Positions 1 to 9,284 of a stretch of DNA of 22,103 bases are shown here, piece by piece (the stretch's first letter is position 1; the number at the start of each line of letters is the position of its first letter). The DNA is from a virus. The notes beneath the pieces were generated by a model that did no database searches, was not told the DNA's origin, and saw only the letters and a list, made by a program, of their open reading frames with translations. Where the stretch lies: positions 1 through 22,103 of the IMG/VR virus record IMGVR_UViG_2149837019_000031. One strand, given 5' to 3'. Made by a program: the position numbers and the translations under genes.

Positions 1-28
1 TAAAGAGGTTGATTATTGCGCGCGTAAA
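1..28. repeat. Terminal direct repeat or assembly overlap. Bases 1-28 equal 22076-22103, so the window is one closed 22,075-bp genome unit.
   Basis: taaagaggttgattattgcgcgcgtaaa is present at both window ends. The terL reading frame is continuous across the junction. Confidence 0.85.
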
Positions 29-487
29 AATTTTGCGTGGATTGATCCAAGCCACAAAGGCGGAGATTATACGGCCGTCGCTATTGGCGGTAGAAACGCG
101 GGCGAGTTTGTTATAGCGGGCTTTGCGTTTAAAAAAGCGTGGTATGATTGCGTAGAGGAGTTTAAATATTTATTTTCGGGCTTAAATGTATTAGGCGCTT
201 GTATAGAAACTAACGGCCTCGGCGAGTTGCCTTTAATTGAGCTTAGAAAAATCGGCTTGCCTTGCGAGGGTTATAACTCTACAGAGCATAAGCACGAGCG
301 AATTATTAACCTTGCCACCTTTGCCGACGATCTTAGATTATATAGGGCTAACGGCGATATAAGGGCGGACATAATCGAGGCCAATAATATATTTATTGAA
401 CAAACGAAAAATTACGAATATAATGCAGAACACGACGACGCGCCCGACGCTTGCGCGGGATTAGTAAACTATGTAAGGGGGTTATAA
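1..487 (+). CDS. terL: Terminase large subunit, C-terminal nuclease part. It is the same gene as 21330..22103. Codons continue in frame from base 29, and the full protein is about 410 aa.
   Basis: The frame matches across the repeat. The IDPSHKGGDYTAVAIGG and EHDDAPDA motifs are typical of the terminase RNaseH-like nuclease domain. TAA at 485-487 overlaps the next ATG (TAATG). Confidence 0.8.
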   Translation, partial: KEVDYCARKNFAWIDPSHKGGDYTAVAIGGRNAGEFVIAGFAFKKAWYDCVEEFKYLFSGLNVLGACIETNGLGELPLIELRKIGLPCEGYNSTEHKHERIINLATFADDLRLYRANGDIRADIIEANNIFIEQTKNYEYNAEHDDAPDACAGLVNYVRGL

Positions 488-1464
488 TGAGCGTATTTAA
501 ACTATTACCAAGGCGGGACGACTTCCAAGTACAGGATCTAACCGCCCCTTTTAAATTAGTAATGACCGAGGGCAATTTTGTATTAACCGAAACGAAAGAG
601 CTTTTTAAAAATCTTTTGATTGAGTGTTATAACAAAAGTACAGGCTTAAAAGAAAAAGAGGCCTCGGCTATGTGGGATAACTTCGACCGCTTAAACGATA
701 AAACAACGGCGGGCTTTATTGGTTTGATTGCGGAAGCTATGACCGAGAAAACTATAGTATATATCGTTTACGATAAAACTACGGGCGTTATCCGTAAGGC
801 CACAAGCCAAGAGCAAGCCGAGATCCGTAAAGACTACAAAGAGCAAGCTAAAAGCTCCGTAGGTATTATGGCTAACTTTACTAAATACGATAAATCGGAT
901 ATTATTAAACTCTACTATGCCCTACTCTATAACGTGGTAGACGGCCTAAACGTTTCTATTAACGTTATGAAGGCAATAAAATACCTTGCGGATCAATTAC
1001 GCGAAAAGATCAGTAAAGCAAGCTCCGAGGATATTATTAAACAGGCTAAGGCGATCATACAGAATTTAAAGGACGGCAACCCCGTATTATTGGACGCTAA
1101 CGATAAACTCGAAAGTACAACGATAGACGTTAAACCCGTTGAGAGTGCAGTAGATTTTATTTGCGGTAGAATTGCGGGCGAAATGCGCGTTAGTTTAAGT
1201 TATATAAACGGTAAAATGACTAGCGGTATAAGTTCTACAGGCGAAGCGGACGAACAAGCTAACGAGCGCGGTATAGAGATTATATTTAATTCGATCTTTA
1301 AGCCTTGCGTCGATAGTTTATTTGATACAAATATTAAATTCGTTTCGGATAACTACCACCGCCTAAAGGCCTATAGTTCTATTTTGCCTACTATTGAAAG
1401 CTCGGATATTATCGAAGAGCAACAAAAAGAGGAATTTGTTAAAGAGATGTTTAACGAGAGGTAA
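487..1464 (+). CDS. Putative portal protein (small, 325 aa)
   Basis: Immediately downstream of terL with a TAATG overlap. The call rests on position only and no motif was recognised. The ORF-track TTG start at 451 lies inside terL, and the ATG at 487 is preferred. Confidence 0.45.
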   Translation: MSVFKLLPRRDDFQVQDLTAPFKLVMTEGNFVLTETKELFKNLLIECYNKSTGLKEKEASAMWDNFDRLNDKTTAGFIGLIAEAMTEKTIVYIVYDKTTGVIRKATSQEQAEIRKDYKEQAKSSVGIMANFTKYDKSDIIKLYYALLYNVVDGLNVSINVMKAIKYLADQLREKISKASSEDIIKQAKAIIQNLKDGNPVLLDANDKLESTTIDVKPVESAVDFICGRIAGEMRVSLSYINGKMTSGISSTGEADEQANERGIEIIFNSIFKPCVDSLFDTNIKFVSDNYHRLKAYSSILPTIESSDIIEEQQKEEFVKEMFNER

Positions 1465-1467
1465 AAA

Positions 1468-1965
1468 ATGGCGGATATGTGGCTACCTAGTAGATACCTT
1501 AAAAAAGCCCTACCAAAAGGTTTTTTTACTCGTAAGCTATTAACAAACAAGCTAAACGTAAAACGCGTTTATTTGCGCGCTTTATTGACCGCTACGACGC
1601 TAACCAAGCGCGAGATAAAAACAACTCTTTATAAAGTTATTGACTTTTACCGCGAAAAGATAGAAACTTTAAAAGACGAAGGCGTTAAGGCCTATAAAAA
1701 AGAGGCTTTAAACGACGAAAAATTATTAAAGCAACGCGTAGAAAATTTGGTAACGTGGAACGAGGCGCAAGAGCAAAAGCGCGATCATATGGGCGAGTAT
1801 TATGTATGGTTGCCTAGTTCGTCAAAAGAGCCAGATCCACTACACCAATTAAAATACGGTAAAGTTTTTAGAGTTGGTAAGGGCGAATTTCCCGCCGAGC
1901 GTTTTGGTTGTAAGTGCGGAGCCTTATTTTTAACAGATGATGAAGCTAAACAGAGAGGATTATAA
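1468..1965 (+). CDS. Head morphogenesis protein, Mu F-like / SPP1 gp7-like C-terminal domain
   Basis: W..(K)RDH..G followed by the P....GCKC motif (FPAERFGCKCGALF), which is characteristic of the MuF family. The SD is GAGAGG. Confidence 0.5.
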   Translation: MADMWLPSRYLKKALPKGFFTRKLLTNKLNVKRVYLRALLTATTLTKREIKTTLYKVIDFYREKIETLKDEGVKAYKKEALNDEKLLKQRVENLVTWNEAQEQKRDHMGEYYVWLPSSSKEPDPLHQLKYGKVFRVGKGEFPAERFGCKCGALFLTDDEAKQRGL

Positions 1966-1968
1966 AAA

Positions 1969-2568
1969 ATGGCTTTTACAGAAGAGCAAGAAAAACAAAT
2001 TTTAGATTTTATAGCTAATGCAAGTAAGCAGACTACACCGCCAGAGGATAAAAAAGAGGATCCTAAAGGCGATAATATCGTAGATGAAGCTAAACAACGT
2101 TATCAAAAGGATAGCGAAACTAAAGAGCTTAACGCTAACCTTGCGCAAGCTATTAAATTTAATCTTAGTATTGATAGTTTTATTAAAGATAACGAGGCTA
2201 TTTTACCTAAAGAAGCTAAGGCGCTTTTAGACACCGTAAATACTAAAGTTTATAGTACGGACGTAGAGAAGGCTAACGTTTTACGCAAGGGGTTAATAGA
2301 TCAGTTTATCGAATTAAAAGAGAATTTCGATATATTGCCGAATAGTCTAAAGGATAAGGCTAACAGATATAAAGCCCTAACCGACGACGAAAAGGCTAAG
2401 CAATCTAGCCACTTTTGGGATATTGTCGAAATAGGCGCCTCGCACAAGGTGCTTATAAGAAAAGCCGAGCAGTTGAGTAAAAACGGCGGGCAAGTTCAAA
2501 AATCCGAGTTTACAGACTTCGAAAAGCGGGTTTTTGATATGGTTAACAAAAACAGCAAAAAGGATTAA
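1969..2568 (+). CDS. Putative scaffolding protein
   Basis: A 199-aa helical, highly charged K/E/D-rich protein directly upstream of the capsid gene. SD is AGAGAGGA. Confidence 0.4.
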   Translation: MAFTEEQEKQILDFIANASKQTTPPEDKKEDPKGDNIVDEAKQRYQKDSETKELNANLAQAIKFNLSIDSFIKDNEAILPKEAKALLDTVNTKVYSTDVEKANVLRKGLIDQFIELKENFDILPNSLKDKANRYKALTDDEKAKQSSHFWDIVEIGASHKVLIRKAEQLSKNGGQVQKSEFTDFEKRVFDMVNKNSKKD

Positions 2569-2573
2569 ACGAT

Positions 2574-2978
2574 ATGACTAAATTTTTAGGTACACCCTAC
2601 GAAAGAGGCAAAAGCGACGCTATCGTTACCCGCGAGGCTCCCGTAGCTATCGAAGAGGGTTTAGTAGTACAGCTATCGGGCGAGCATACTTGCGCCTTGA
2701 TAGCAAGCGGTAAAATTCCGTATGGTATTTCGGGTAAGCCGAACGTAGTAGCTCAAGAGTTCGTTATTAGCGGACTTAGAGTTTATGTACAAACAAGCGA
2801 CACAAGCGTTACTATTGGCGCTCCCGTTTATGTTGATATGTCTACGGGTAAAGTTACAGGTACCGCAACCGATAATACAGCAGTAAATGCCGTATTTTCT
2901 AGCGACGTTGTAGATTGTCAAAACTCTAAACGCGCTACATTTAAAGGCGTTGCTATTGACTTCCCTAACGGATTGTAA
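2574..2978 (+). CDS. Small beta-rich head-module protein, possibly decoration or cement-like
   Basis: 134 aa with G/V/T-rich composition, located between the scaffold and capsid genes. SD is AAAGGA. Confidence 0.3.
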   Translation: MTKFLGTPYERGKSDAIVTREAPVAIEEGLVVQLSGEHTCALIASGKIPYGISGKPNVVAQEFVISGLRVYVQTSDTSVTIGAPVYVDMSTGKVTGTATDNTAVNAVFSSDVVDCQNSKRATFKGVAIDFPNGL

Positions 2979-2993
2979 TAGGAGTTTTTAACT

Positions 2994-3158
2994 ATGGCCT
3001 CTAAGGGATTAAAAATTGATACGGACGAAGTAGAAGAAAAATTTACTCCTACTTTTGCCGAGGATAAAAAGCCAGAAGCCGACGACGACGCGAAAGCTAA
3101 ACCAGAGGCCAAGGCTAAAAAATCAACCTTGCGAAAACTTGCAAAATTTAAAGGATAG
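2994..3158 (+). CDS. Small lysine/acidic-rich hypothetical protein (54 aa), below the ORF-track size cut-off
   Basis: AGGAG with a 9-nt spacer before ATG 2994. Open to TAG 3156-3158. It fills the gap before the capsid gene on the coding strand. Confidence 0.4.
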   Translation: MASKGLKIDTDEVEEKFTPTFAEDKKPEADDDAKAKPEAKAKKSTLRKLAKFKG

Positions 3159-3164
3159 TAAAAA

Positions 3165-4025
3165 ATGAGTACAGATTTTCAAACAGAGATTAAAAGCAAA
3201 GAGGAGTATTTAGCTACCGCCGATTTGACTTTTACACCTTCCATTTTAAAGATTAGAAAAGTAAATAAATCTCCTATGGACGGGATCGAAAAAATTACTT
3301 TTAAACGTTTGGACGTTGAAAAAGATAATATTACCGCCGAAAATATGACTACAGGCCAGACCGAAGTAGCCCATATTAAAGTCGGAGAAGCTAAAAAGAC
3401 CTTTAATAAATATATTGAAGGTGCACAAATTTCTCAATCATACCGCAACGGCGAAGCTAATAAGCTCGGCGAAGTTCATAGTAAAGTATTACGCCAATAT
3501 TTCAAAATGTGGGATAAGGCCGGTATGGACGGTAAAAACGGCAATAACGGCGTGTTAAACTCTAATGATCCTATGGCTATTAAAAACACTTCGGCAACTA
3601 TCAGCGGAGCCACTAACGAGGTTAAACTTAACGCTTTGATCGGCGTAATTTCAGCAATGAAAGAACAAGTATCAGATAATACAGCTTCTAGCGATATTTT
3701 GCTTTACGTTTACGGTACAAATCTAAAACAATTTATGGATCAACGTTTGCCTAACCTTGGAAGCGTTAGATCTATTGTTAAAGAAACTTGGCCAGAAGCA
3801 GAATTACACGAAATTTCTGGAGTGTCCACCGCTAATAGTGGTAACGGCTTAGTAGCTATTTCACAAGGCCTCGTAACACTTAATTACGTTGCTATGCCAG
3901 ATTTGGGCGACCAAGGCACAGACAACCGCGCTAAGGAATACTGGGCAGATTATGCAATGGGCGCTATTATGATAGACGTCGAAGAAAAAGGCGCTTTAAT
4001 CGAACAGCCTTTAACCTTTGCCTAA
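3165..4025 (+). CDS. Putative major capsid protein (286 aa)
   Basis: Position after the scaffold. Size and composition are consistent with a small HK97-fold capsid protein. SD is AAGGA. Confidence 0.45.
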   Translation: MSTDFQTEIKSKEEYLATADLTFTPSILKIRKVNKSPMDGIEKITFKRLDVEKDNITAENMTTGQTEVAHIKVGEAKKTFNKYIEGAQISQSYRNGEANKLGEVHSKVLRQYFKMWDKAGMDGKNGNNGVLNSNDPMAIKNTSATISGATNEVKLNALIGVISAMKEQVSDNTASSDILLYVYGTNLKQFMDQRLPNLGSVRSIVKETWPEAELHEISGVSTANSGNGLVAISQGLVTLNYVAMPDLGDQGTDNRAKEYWADYAMGAIMIDVEEKGALIEQPLTFA

Positions 4026-4039
4026 GAGGAGTTTAGACT

Positions 4040-4300
4040 ATGACGTTAAGAGAACAAGCTAACGAGGTTTTAGACGTTATCGGCCAGAGTAATTTAACCG
4101 ACGCCGAATATATAATGTTTAGTAATCCTACACCTACAGACGCTACGGCCTTTTATACGTCTATAGCTAATATCCTAAACCGTAGAGGGGGCGAAGGCGT
4201 AGCTATCGAAAAGCTAAACGCCTACGCCCTTCTCAATGGGGTAAACCTACAGGCTAAAAAAGATAGTTTTAACAATATATTTTTAGGGGCGCCGTTGTGA
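4040..4300 (+). CDS. Hypothetical head-tail joining protein
   Basis: Perfect AGAGGAG SD. The gene ends in TGA overlapping a GTG (GTGA). Confidence 0.4.
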   Translation: MTLREQANEVLDVIGQSNLTDAEYIMFSNPTPTDATAFYTSIANILNRRGGEGVAIEKLNAYALLNGVNLQAKKDSFNNIFLGAPL

Positions 4301-4788
4301 AAATAGAGGGTAAAGGGTTAGATAAAATGATCGAGGGCGAGCTTGGTAAATATAAATTCCAAGTTGGTATACTTGAGAATAAACGCCACTTTTTACCCGC
4401 TACGGGCGACACTTATTTATCTAAAGGCCAAAATGTTTACTACAGCTACGCGGGTTTACGACTTCGTAAGCCTAGTAGTTTTAAATATAATGGTACGTTA
4501 TTTAGTGTAGCCCGCGATATGGACGAGGCCTTTAAATGGCTCCGCAAGCCTTTTATGCTCGAAAGTAATTCGGACGTTTTGGCGGTTTTAAAATATGTAG
4601 TCGATAATCTAAACGGTAAGGACACTAGACAACGTATTATTAACGCAGTACAGGCCGTAGTTAGGAATCCTATTTTACGGGGCGCCTACGGTAAAAACTC
4701 GGCCAAGACCGCCAAGACAAAAGGCTTTAATAAATTGTTAATGGATACAGGACAACTATTTAAGAATATTAAGGCGAGGCTTTTATAA
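4297..4788 (+). CDS. Hypothetical head-tail joining/completion protein. The start is GTG 4297, or alternatively ATG 4327.
   Basis: The GTG overlaps the upstream TGA, and an AGGGG lies 7 nt upstream. ATG 4327 also has an AAGGG. Confidence 0.4.
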   Translation: MKIEGKGLDKMIEGELGKYKFQVGILENKRHFLPATGDTYLSKGQNVYYSYAGLRLRKPSSFKYNGTLFSVARDMDEAFKWLRKPFMLESNSDVLAVLKYVVDNLNGKDTRQRIINAVQAVVRNPILRGAYGKNSAKTAKTKGFNKLLMDTGQLFKNIKARLL

Positions 4789-5237
4789 TGTTTAGAGATC
4801 AATTAAAAAAGGATTGTTTAGCAATTTTCGACCTTGCTAAAGTTGTTTTTGACGATATTAGCGAGGATAAAGAGCAAGACGTTTTATATATAAACGTTAT
4901 GGACGTTAAAGAAAATTTTAGTAACGGCCACGCGTTTTTTAGAGTAAGCGGAACGCTCGGAACGATCGGCCTAACCGATAAAAATAAATACGGTTATTTG
5001 TACGATCGGCTTAAACAATTTGCTAAAAGAGATACCGACAATATATTAGATCGTTTTAAATTTTGGCCTAAAGAGCGTAATATTAATTTTGCTACTATGA
5101 ATAGTTTTTACACTAAAACAGAGATAAAATTTGTTTATAGTATTAAATTAGATTATGATCCCGCGGAGAAAATGCAAGGCGGTAAATTGTCTTTTATGAA
5201 AAGATTTATAACATTTTTAAAGGATAAAATGAAATGA
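4788..5237 (+). CDS. Hypothetical protein (149 aa)
   Basis: TAATG overlap upstream and ATGA overlap downstream. Confidence 0.4.
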   Translation: MFRDQLKKDCLAIFDLAKVVFDDISEDKEQDVLYINVMDVKENFSNGHAFFRVSGTLGTIGLTDKNKYGYLYDRLKQFAKRDTDNILDRFKFWPKERNINFATMNSFYTKTEIKFVYSIKLDYDPAEKMQGGKLSFMKRFITFLKDKMK

Positions 5238-6166
5238 CAGATATTTTATTAAACTATGCAATGCCGATCGAAAAGGTAACGCCACTACTCGGCGCCGACC
5301 TCGGATTTTTGCATAATGCGCTTGTTTTGGTTAAGCCAAAAGACGAAAGCGTAGCGCGCGCCGTTGTGGAGTGTTTAAGTACGGCCGAGGTACAAAATTT
5401 AACCAATGCTAAGGCGTACGAAATGCTAGACGCGGGTATGTCGTCTATCTATGTTTTGCCTACCGATAGCCTAGATTTATCGGAGTTGGATTTATCAAAT
5501 TACGGATATTATACGATCATTATTGACGAAGCGTTTACTAAGGAAGATGTAGAGGCGCGAGATTTTGGCGAGTTCGGGGGCGTAGTATCTTATATGTCTA
5601 CCGATAGAGATTATATTAAAACTTTTAACTTGCAAGATTGGAACGCGGGCTTTTATGGTAAGATCGTAAACGGTGCCGTTAATATGTATAGATCCTTCGG
5701 TAAATTGCTAAGTGCTTTTAGTTGGAAAAATCAGCAATATATCGAAATGGAAGCCGACGACGGTATAACAACCTTAAACGAGGCTAACGTACTTTTTGAA
5801 GCTAAGGCCAATTTTGTATTAAATTCTCCTCGTTATGGCCGTCGCCTTGCGTTGTTTAGCGCGGGTAATAAGGCGATCGTAGCCCCTTATATTTACGAAG
5901 AGATTTGTAATAATATACAAGGTTGGGGTTTGCAATATATTAACCTCAATCAGCCAGACTATACAGTACGCGACGCGAAGCTAATGCAAGAGTTTATACA
6001 AAATAAACTTAATACTAACTACGTTAATAAGGGCTTAGTGCCTTCGGCTACTTGTAATATCGAAGTGGTGGACGGCTCTAACTTCGTCGCTAGTGGTGGC
6101 GTTGTTATCGGCGAGCCTAAGGCTTTATGGCGTGTAGAAACAACCATACAGCAAGGGGAGATCTAA
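5234..6166 (+). CDS. Putative major tail protein, tube- or small sheath-like (310 aa)
   Basis: First large gene of the tail module. It is followed by a 135-aa protein, the frameshifted chaperone and the tape-measure gene. The call is by position only. Confidence 0.35.
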   Translation: MTDILLNYAMPIEKVTPLLGADLGFLHNALVLVKPKDESVARAVVECLSTAEVQNLTNAKAYEMLDAGMSSIYVLPTDSLDLSELDLSNYGYYTIIIDEAFTKEDVEARDFGEFGGVVSYMSTDRDYIKTFNLQDWNAGFYGKIVNGAVNMYRSFGKLLSAFSWKNQQYIEMEADDGITTLNEANVLFEAKANFVLNSPRYGRRLALFSAGNKAIVAPYIYEEICNNIQGWGLQYINLNQPDYTVRDAKLMQEFIQNKLNTNYVNKGLVPSATCNIEVVDGSNFVASGGVVIGEPKALWRVETTIQQGEI

Positions 6167-6169
6167 AAG

Positions 6170-6577
6170 ATGTTACAGCAATGGAAAAGCGACAGCGGAT
6201 TTATTTATAACGGTACAACCTACTATTTCGACGATATAGATAGTAGCGTAGTATCTCCGCAAGAAGCGAAACACCTAACCAGAGGCGCTAACTCTAAAAA
6301 TAAGGTAGGCCTTGTATATAAAGAAGGATCTAAAACACCTTGGACTATTACCGCTAACGTAATGAATTTATCTAAGGAAGTTATGGAGATCCTTAATAAA
6401 TGCTACGACGAAGAAACAAGAATAGACTTTTTTTGCGTCGATAGTAATACAGGCGAAAACAAAATGGCTTATAATTCGCTCGTTACTAAATGGGTAAGCC
6501 AAGAAACTATTAGCGACGGCGAGGATACTTATAACGTAGCCCTTGCCTTAGAAAGTTTTGACGTTAAACCATATTAA
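6170..6577 (+). CDS. Hypothetical tail protein (tail tube candidate)
   Basis: 135 aa with an AAGGGGAG SD, located between the major tail gene and the chaperone. Confidence 0.3.
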   Translation: MLQQWKSDSGFIYNGTTYYFDDIDSSVVSPQEAKHLTRGANSKNKVGLVYKEGSKTPWTITANVMNLSKEVMEILNKCYDEETRIDFFCVDSNTGENKMAYNSLVTKWVSQETISDGEDTYNVALALESFDVKPY

Positions 6578-6587
6578 GGGGTAAAAA

Positions 6588-6965
6588 ATGAAAATCAGAC
6601 CGATAACAGGGTATAATTGCTACCGCGCCTACCAAGTTTACCGCGATATTTTATTAGCTTCGTATATCTTTTGGAACGCTAACAAAGTTTATTTATCAGA
6701 TGAGGAAGCGAAGCCCGAAAGCTACAAAGATTTTTTAATACGTTTTGAAAAATCCACAGACGAAGAAAAAAAAGATATTATTAAACTTGGTGCCGATACT
6801 TTTAATTTATCCTTAGAAGAGGTTTGTTTTTTGGTTGGCTTGGTAGAGGACGCTAACGGCGTCCCCTACTCTAAAGCCAATATAAATAACTTGCAACCGC
6901 AAGAGATTATAGATATTATAATAGCGGTATGTTTAGAGATCAGTAAGGTAACGGTTTTTTTTTAA
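6588..6965 (+). CDS. Tail assembly chaperone, 0-frame product (125 aa)
   Basis: Lies in the conserved position immediately upstream of the tape-measure gene. It ends with a T9 tract and TAA. Confidence 0.5.
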   Translation: MKIRPITGYNCYRAYQVYRDILLASYIFWNANKVYLSDEEAKPESYKDFLIRFEKSTDEEKKDIIKLGADTFNLSLEEVCFLVGLVEDANGVPYSKANINNLQPQEIIDIIIAVCLEISKVTVFF

Positions 6966-7117
6966 CGGCCGATCAAATAGATAGCTTAGAGGACTTTAGC
7001 GTAAATCTATTAGCTACCGTTAATAAGATGATCGAAACAAGAAACGATTTTACACTTGAAGAGCTTTTAAATAAGGCGTTTGTAGAGGGGTTAGTATGGC
7101 GGGCGAGTGGAATATAA
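6955..7117 (+). other. Putative -1 programmed ribosomal frameshift. The slippery run T9 (6955-6963) lies just 5' of the chaperone TAA. The -1 frame stays open for 52 codons to TAA 7115-7117 and overlaps the tape-measure start.
   Basis: The frame starting at 6953 was read codon by codon with no stop until 7115. Chaperone G/GT-type frameshifting between the major tail and tape-measure genes is an established phage pattern. Confidence 0.5.
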
Positions 7118-8085
7118 AAGTAGGTTTGCAGTTAGACAAGTCGCAAGCTCAAGCAATGGAAAAAGATTTAAACGGGCGCTTCGGCCGAGTTGCTACTAAA
7201 TTTAGCTCGCGCCTTGGTACAGGCTTAAAGCGCTTGGCTTATTCTGGTATTTTGGCCTCGGCCGTTGGTGCTTTATTGCAACCGTTAGATAAATTAAACG
7301 ATAAAATAGATAGTACACTAGATAAATTTTCGGACGTACGCGACCAAGCGCGAGGCTTTGGGGTTGACGAAGCGCAGTATTTGAAAGCGCGTATTTTATC
7401 CGAGGCCGTAGGCGTGCAAAATTTCGATACAATGTTTAGCAAATTTCGCCAAGAATTAACTAAGGCTAATAAAGGTATGCCCTCGCCTCTTGCTCAATTT
7501 AGAGGTAGAGAGGGTAGTATTGAGGACTTTTTAACATTGATAAGCTCGTTAAAAATGGCCTTGCCTACACAAAGGCAAACAATGATCGGGCAGATTTTCG
7601 GCCAAGATCAAATTAAAGAGGTTAATAAATTGGTAACGGCCGATCTAACAAGATTAGCCGAAAAGCTAAATAAAGGATTAAGCAACCAAGATATAAGGGT
7701 AGCGTTACAAGGCGTTTCGGGATTGCGTGAAGAGCAAGCCCTATTGCAAGGTAAACGTACTATTGAAGAGTTAATACAAGCGCCTAGCTTGATAAATAAA
7801 GGCGTATTACAAGAACAAGACGCTTATTTTAGAAAACAAAACGAGCTTTTAGCCGAACAGATGAAGCAGTACAGCAATGTAGCGGGATTGCAAAAAGGCG
7901 TAGATAAGATAGTAGAAAATACTAATAAATTAGCTTCGGGGCTTGGTGGTTTTATAAATCAATTTAAAGATTTTGTTACATTAACCAGACAGCTTGACGA
8001 TCAGCGTAGAGCGGGTAAAATAACGCAAGCCGAGTATGATAAAAGATTAGACGAGTTTTTTAATAGTGAAGGAGTTTATAAATAA
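7096..8085 (+). CDS. Tape measure protein (short, 329 aa)
   Basis: Helical Q/K/L/A-rich protein after the chaperone. SD is AGAGGGG. Confidence 0.5.
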   Translation: MAGEWNIKVGLQLDKSQAQAMEKDLNGRFGRVATKFSSRLGTGLKRLAYSGILASAVGALLQPLDKLNDKIDSTLDKFSDVRDQARGFGVDEAQYLKARILSEAVGVQNFDTMFSKFRQELTKANKGMPSPLAQFRGREGSIEDFLTLISSLKMALPTQRQTMIGQIFGQDQIKEVNKLVTADLTRLAEKLNKGLSNQDIRVALQGVSGLREEQALLQGKRTIEELIQAPSLINKGVLQEQDAYFRKQNELLAEQMKQYSNVAGLQKGVDKIVENTNKLASGLGGFINQFKDFVTLTRQLDDQRRAGKITQAEYDKRLDEFFNSEGVYK

Positions 8086-8585
8086 TGTTAAATGGTTTAG
8101 CTCCCGTTTTGGTTTATACATATAAGCAAGTAGATACGAGTTTTAGTATTTTTGGTTATGAGGTACCTAGTATTGGTTTGCCCGTCCCTATTTACCTAGA
8201 CGAAAGGATAACGGGTATAATGGGCGAAGGCGCCAGTAATAAGATCAGTATAGAAACTTCTACAATTAATAACCAAACATACACTAGGCAAGTAAGTAAC
8301 GACGTTAGCCTAAAATTACGTTGCCGTAATAATAACCTTGTAGGCCAAACGTTGGTAGCTATATTAGGCGAGGCTTTTAAACATACCTCGGCCGATAAAT
8401 ATAGTATTAGTTTATTCTACGATAGTACGTTTATACTTGACGCGTATTTAAAAGACTTTTACTCTAGGCCTATAGATAATACAGATATGCGCGAGATCGG
8501 TATAACGTTATCTAAAAAGTATAAAAATAGCGCTATGATCTACGAAGTTGATCCAGTAAAAAATATTATACCTTTAGGAGATTAA
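8085..8585 (+). CDS. Hypothetical tail/baseplate protein (166 aa)
   Basis: TAATG-coupled to the tape-measure gene. SD is GAAGGAG. Confidence 0.35.
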   Translation: MLNGLAPVLVYTYKQVDTSFSIFGYEVPSIGLPVPIYLDERITGIMGEGASNKISIETSTINNQTYTRQVSNDVSLKLRCRNNNLVGQTLVAILGEAFKHTSADKYSISLFYDSTFILDAYLKDFYSRPIDNTDMREIGITLSKKYKNSAMIYEVDPVKNIIPLGD

Positions 8586-8590
8586 AGATT

Positions 8591-8863
8591 ATGGACGGTT
8601 ACAAAGTTTTAAATCTTAATGACTTCGACGCGTTAGATATACCGCGCTTAGATACTAAAATTAAGACAAAAGATTTAGACGAGCAAGATATAACATTATT
8701 TAAGGCTAACCTTTATAATGTTATGTTTTTAGATCTATTATTTACGATTAACCTAAATAACAAGAATCCAGTTTTAAAGATCAATAACGATAAAAATTTA
8801 CGCGTTGCCGTTTATGTCGACGCTAACCGCGATTTATGGGTAGGCTATGAGAATATTTTGTAA
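8591..8863 (+). CDS. Hypothetical protein (90 aa)
   Basis: ORF with an AGGAG upstream. Confidence 0.35.
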   Translation: MDGYKVLNLNDFDALDIPRLDTKIKTKDLDEQDITLFKANLYNVMFLDLLFTINLNNKNPVLKINNDKNLRVAVYVDANRDLWVGYENIL

Positions 8864-9284
8864 AAATGGATATTATAAATTTTATCCGCAGAATATCGGC
8901 GACTTAAAATTTTTTACAGAGGCTACAGGATTTAAACTAAAGCCCGAAAAAGATTATTATACTTTTGACACTTTAGCGGATTTAGATAATTATATATTTG
9001 CGGGTTGGCCTTTAGGCTTATCTATTGCTATTAAAAATTATGCGGGCGACAAGGCCGAATTATTGAAAGCTAACGGCGTTATGTATAATTATACAATAGA
9101 TCAAATAGTACCTACTCTATCTATCATAGGTAAGCTAAGAATAGACGAAGGCGCGTATATGGCTACGCCAGAATTACCGCAAGCGGGTAAGTTTACAGGA
9201 TTGCTAAACAGAGTAACGGGTTTTAGTGGCTTTTATGATTGGCAATTAAAAGTTTATAAGATTGAGAGGCTTTTTTATGATTAA
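8847..9284 (+). CDS. Hypothetical baseplate protein (145 aa)
   Basis: Overlaps the upstream gene by 17 nt and the downstream gene by 8 nt. Confidence 0.35.
   Translation: MRIFCKNGYYKFYPQNIGDLKFFTEATGFKLKPEKDYYTFDTLADLDNYIFAGWPLGLSIAIKNYAGDKAELLKANGVMYNYTIDQIVPTLSIIGKLRIDEGAYMATPELPQAGKFTGLLNRVTGFSGFYDWQLKVYKIERLFYD

Noticed and set aside
393-575. Minus-strand 60-aa ORF overlapping the terL/portal junction
   Set aside because: It lies antisense inside strongly supported + strand genes, with no SD and a low-complexity R-rich translation.
2673-3112. Minus-strand ORFs 2673..2921 and 2918..3112
   Set aside because: They are antisense to the head-module genes and to the newly called 2994..3158 + ORF, which has a perfect SD. 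The translations are low in complexity.
3246-3437. Minus-strand 63-aa ORF inside the capsid gene
   Set aside because: Antisense to the capsid gene with no initiation signals.
7028-7117. Independent 29-aa ORF (ATG 7028) in the chaperone-to-tape-measure gap
   Set aside because: It has no SD. The whole gap is open in the -1 frame continuing from the T9 run, so a frameshift extension of the chaperone is more parsimonious.
7202-7442. Two overlapping minus-strand ORFs inside the tape-measure gene
   Set aside because: They are antisense artefacts of the GC-rich NCG codon region and have no RBS.
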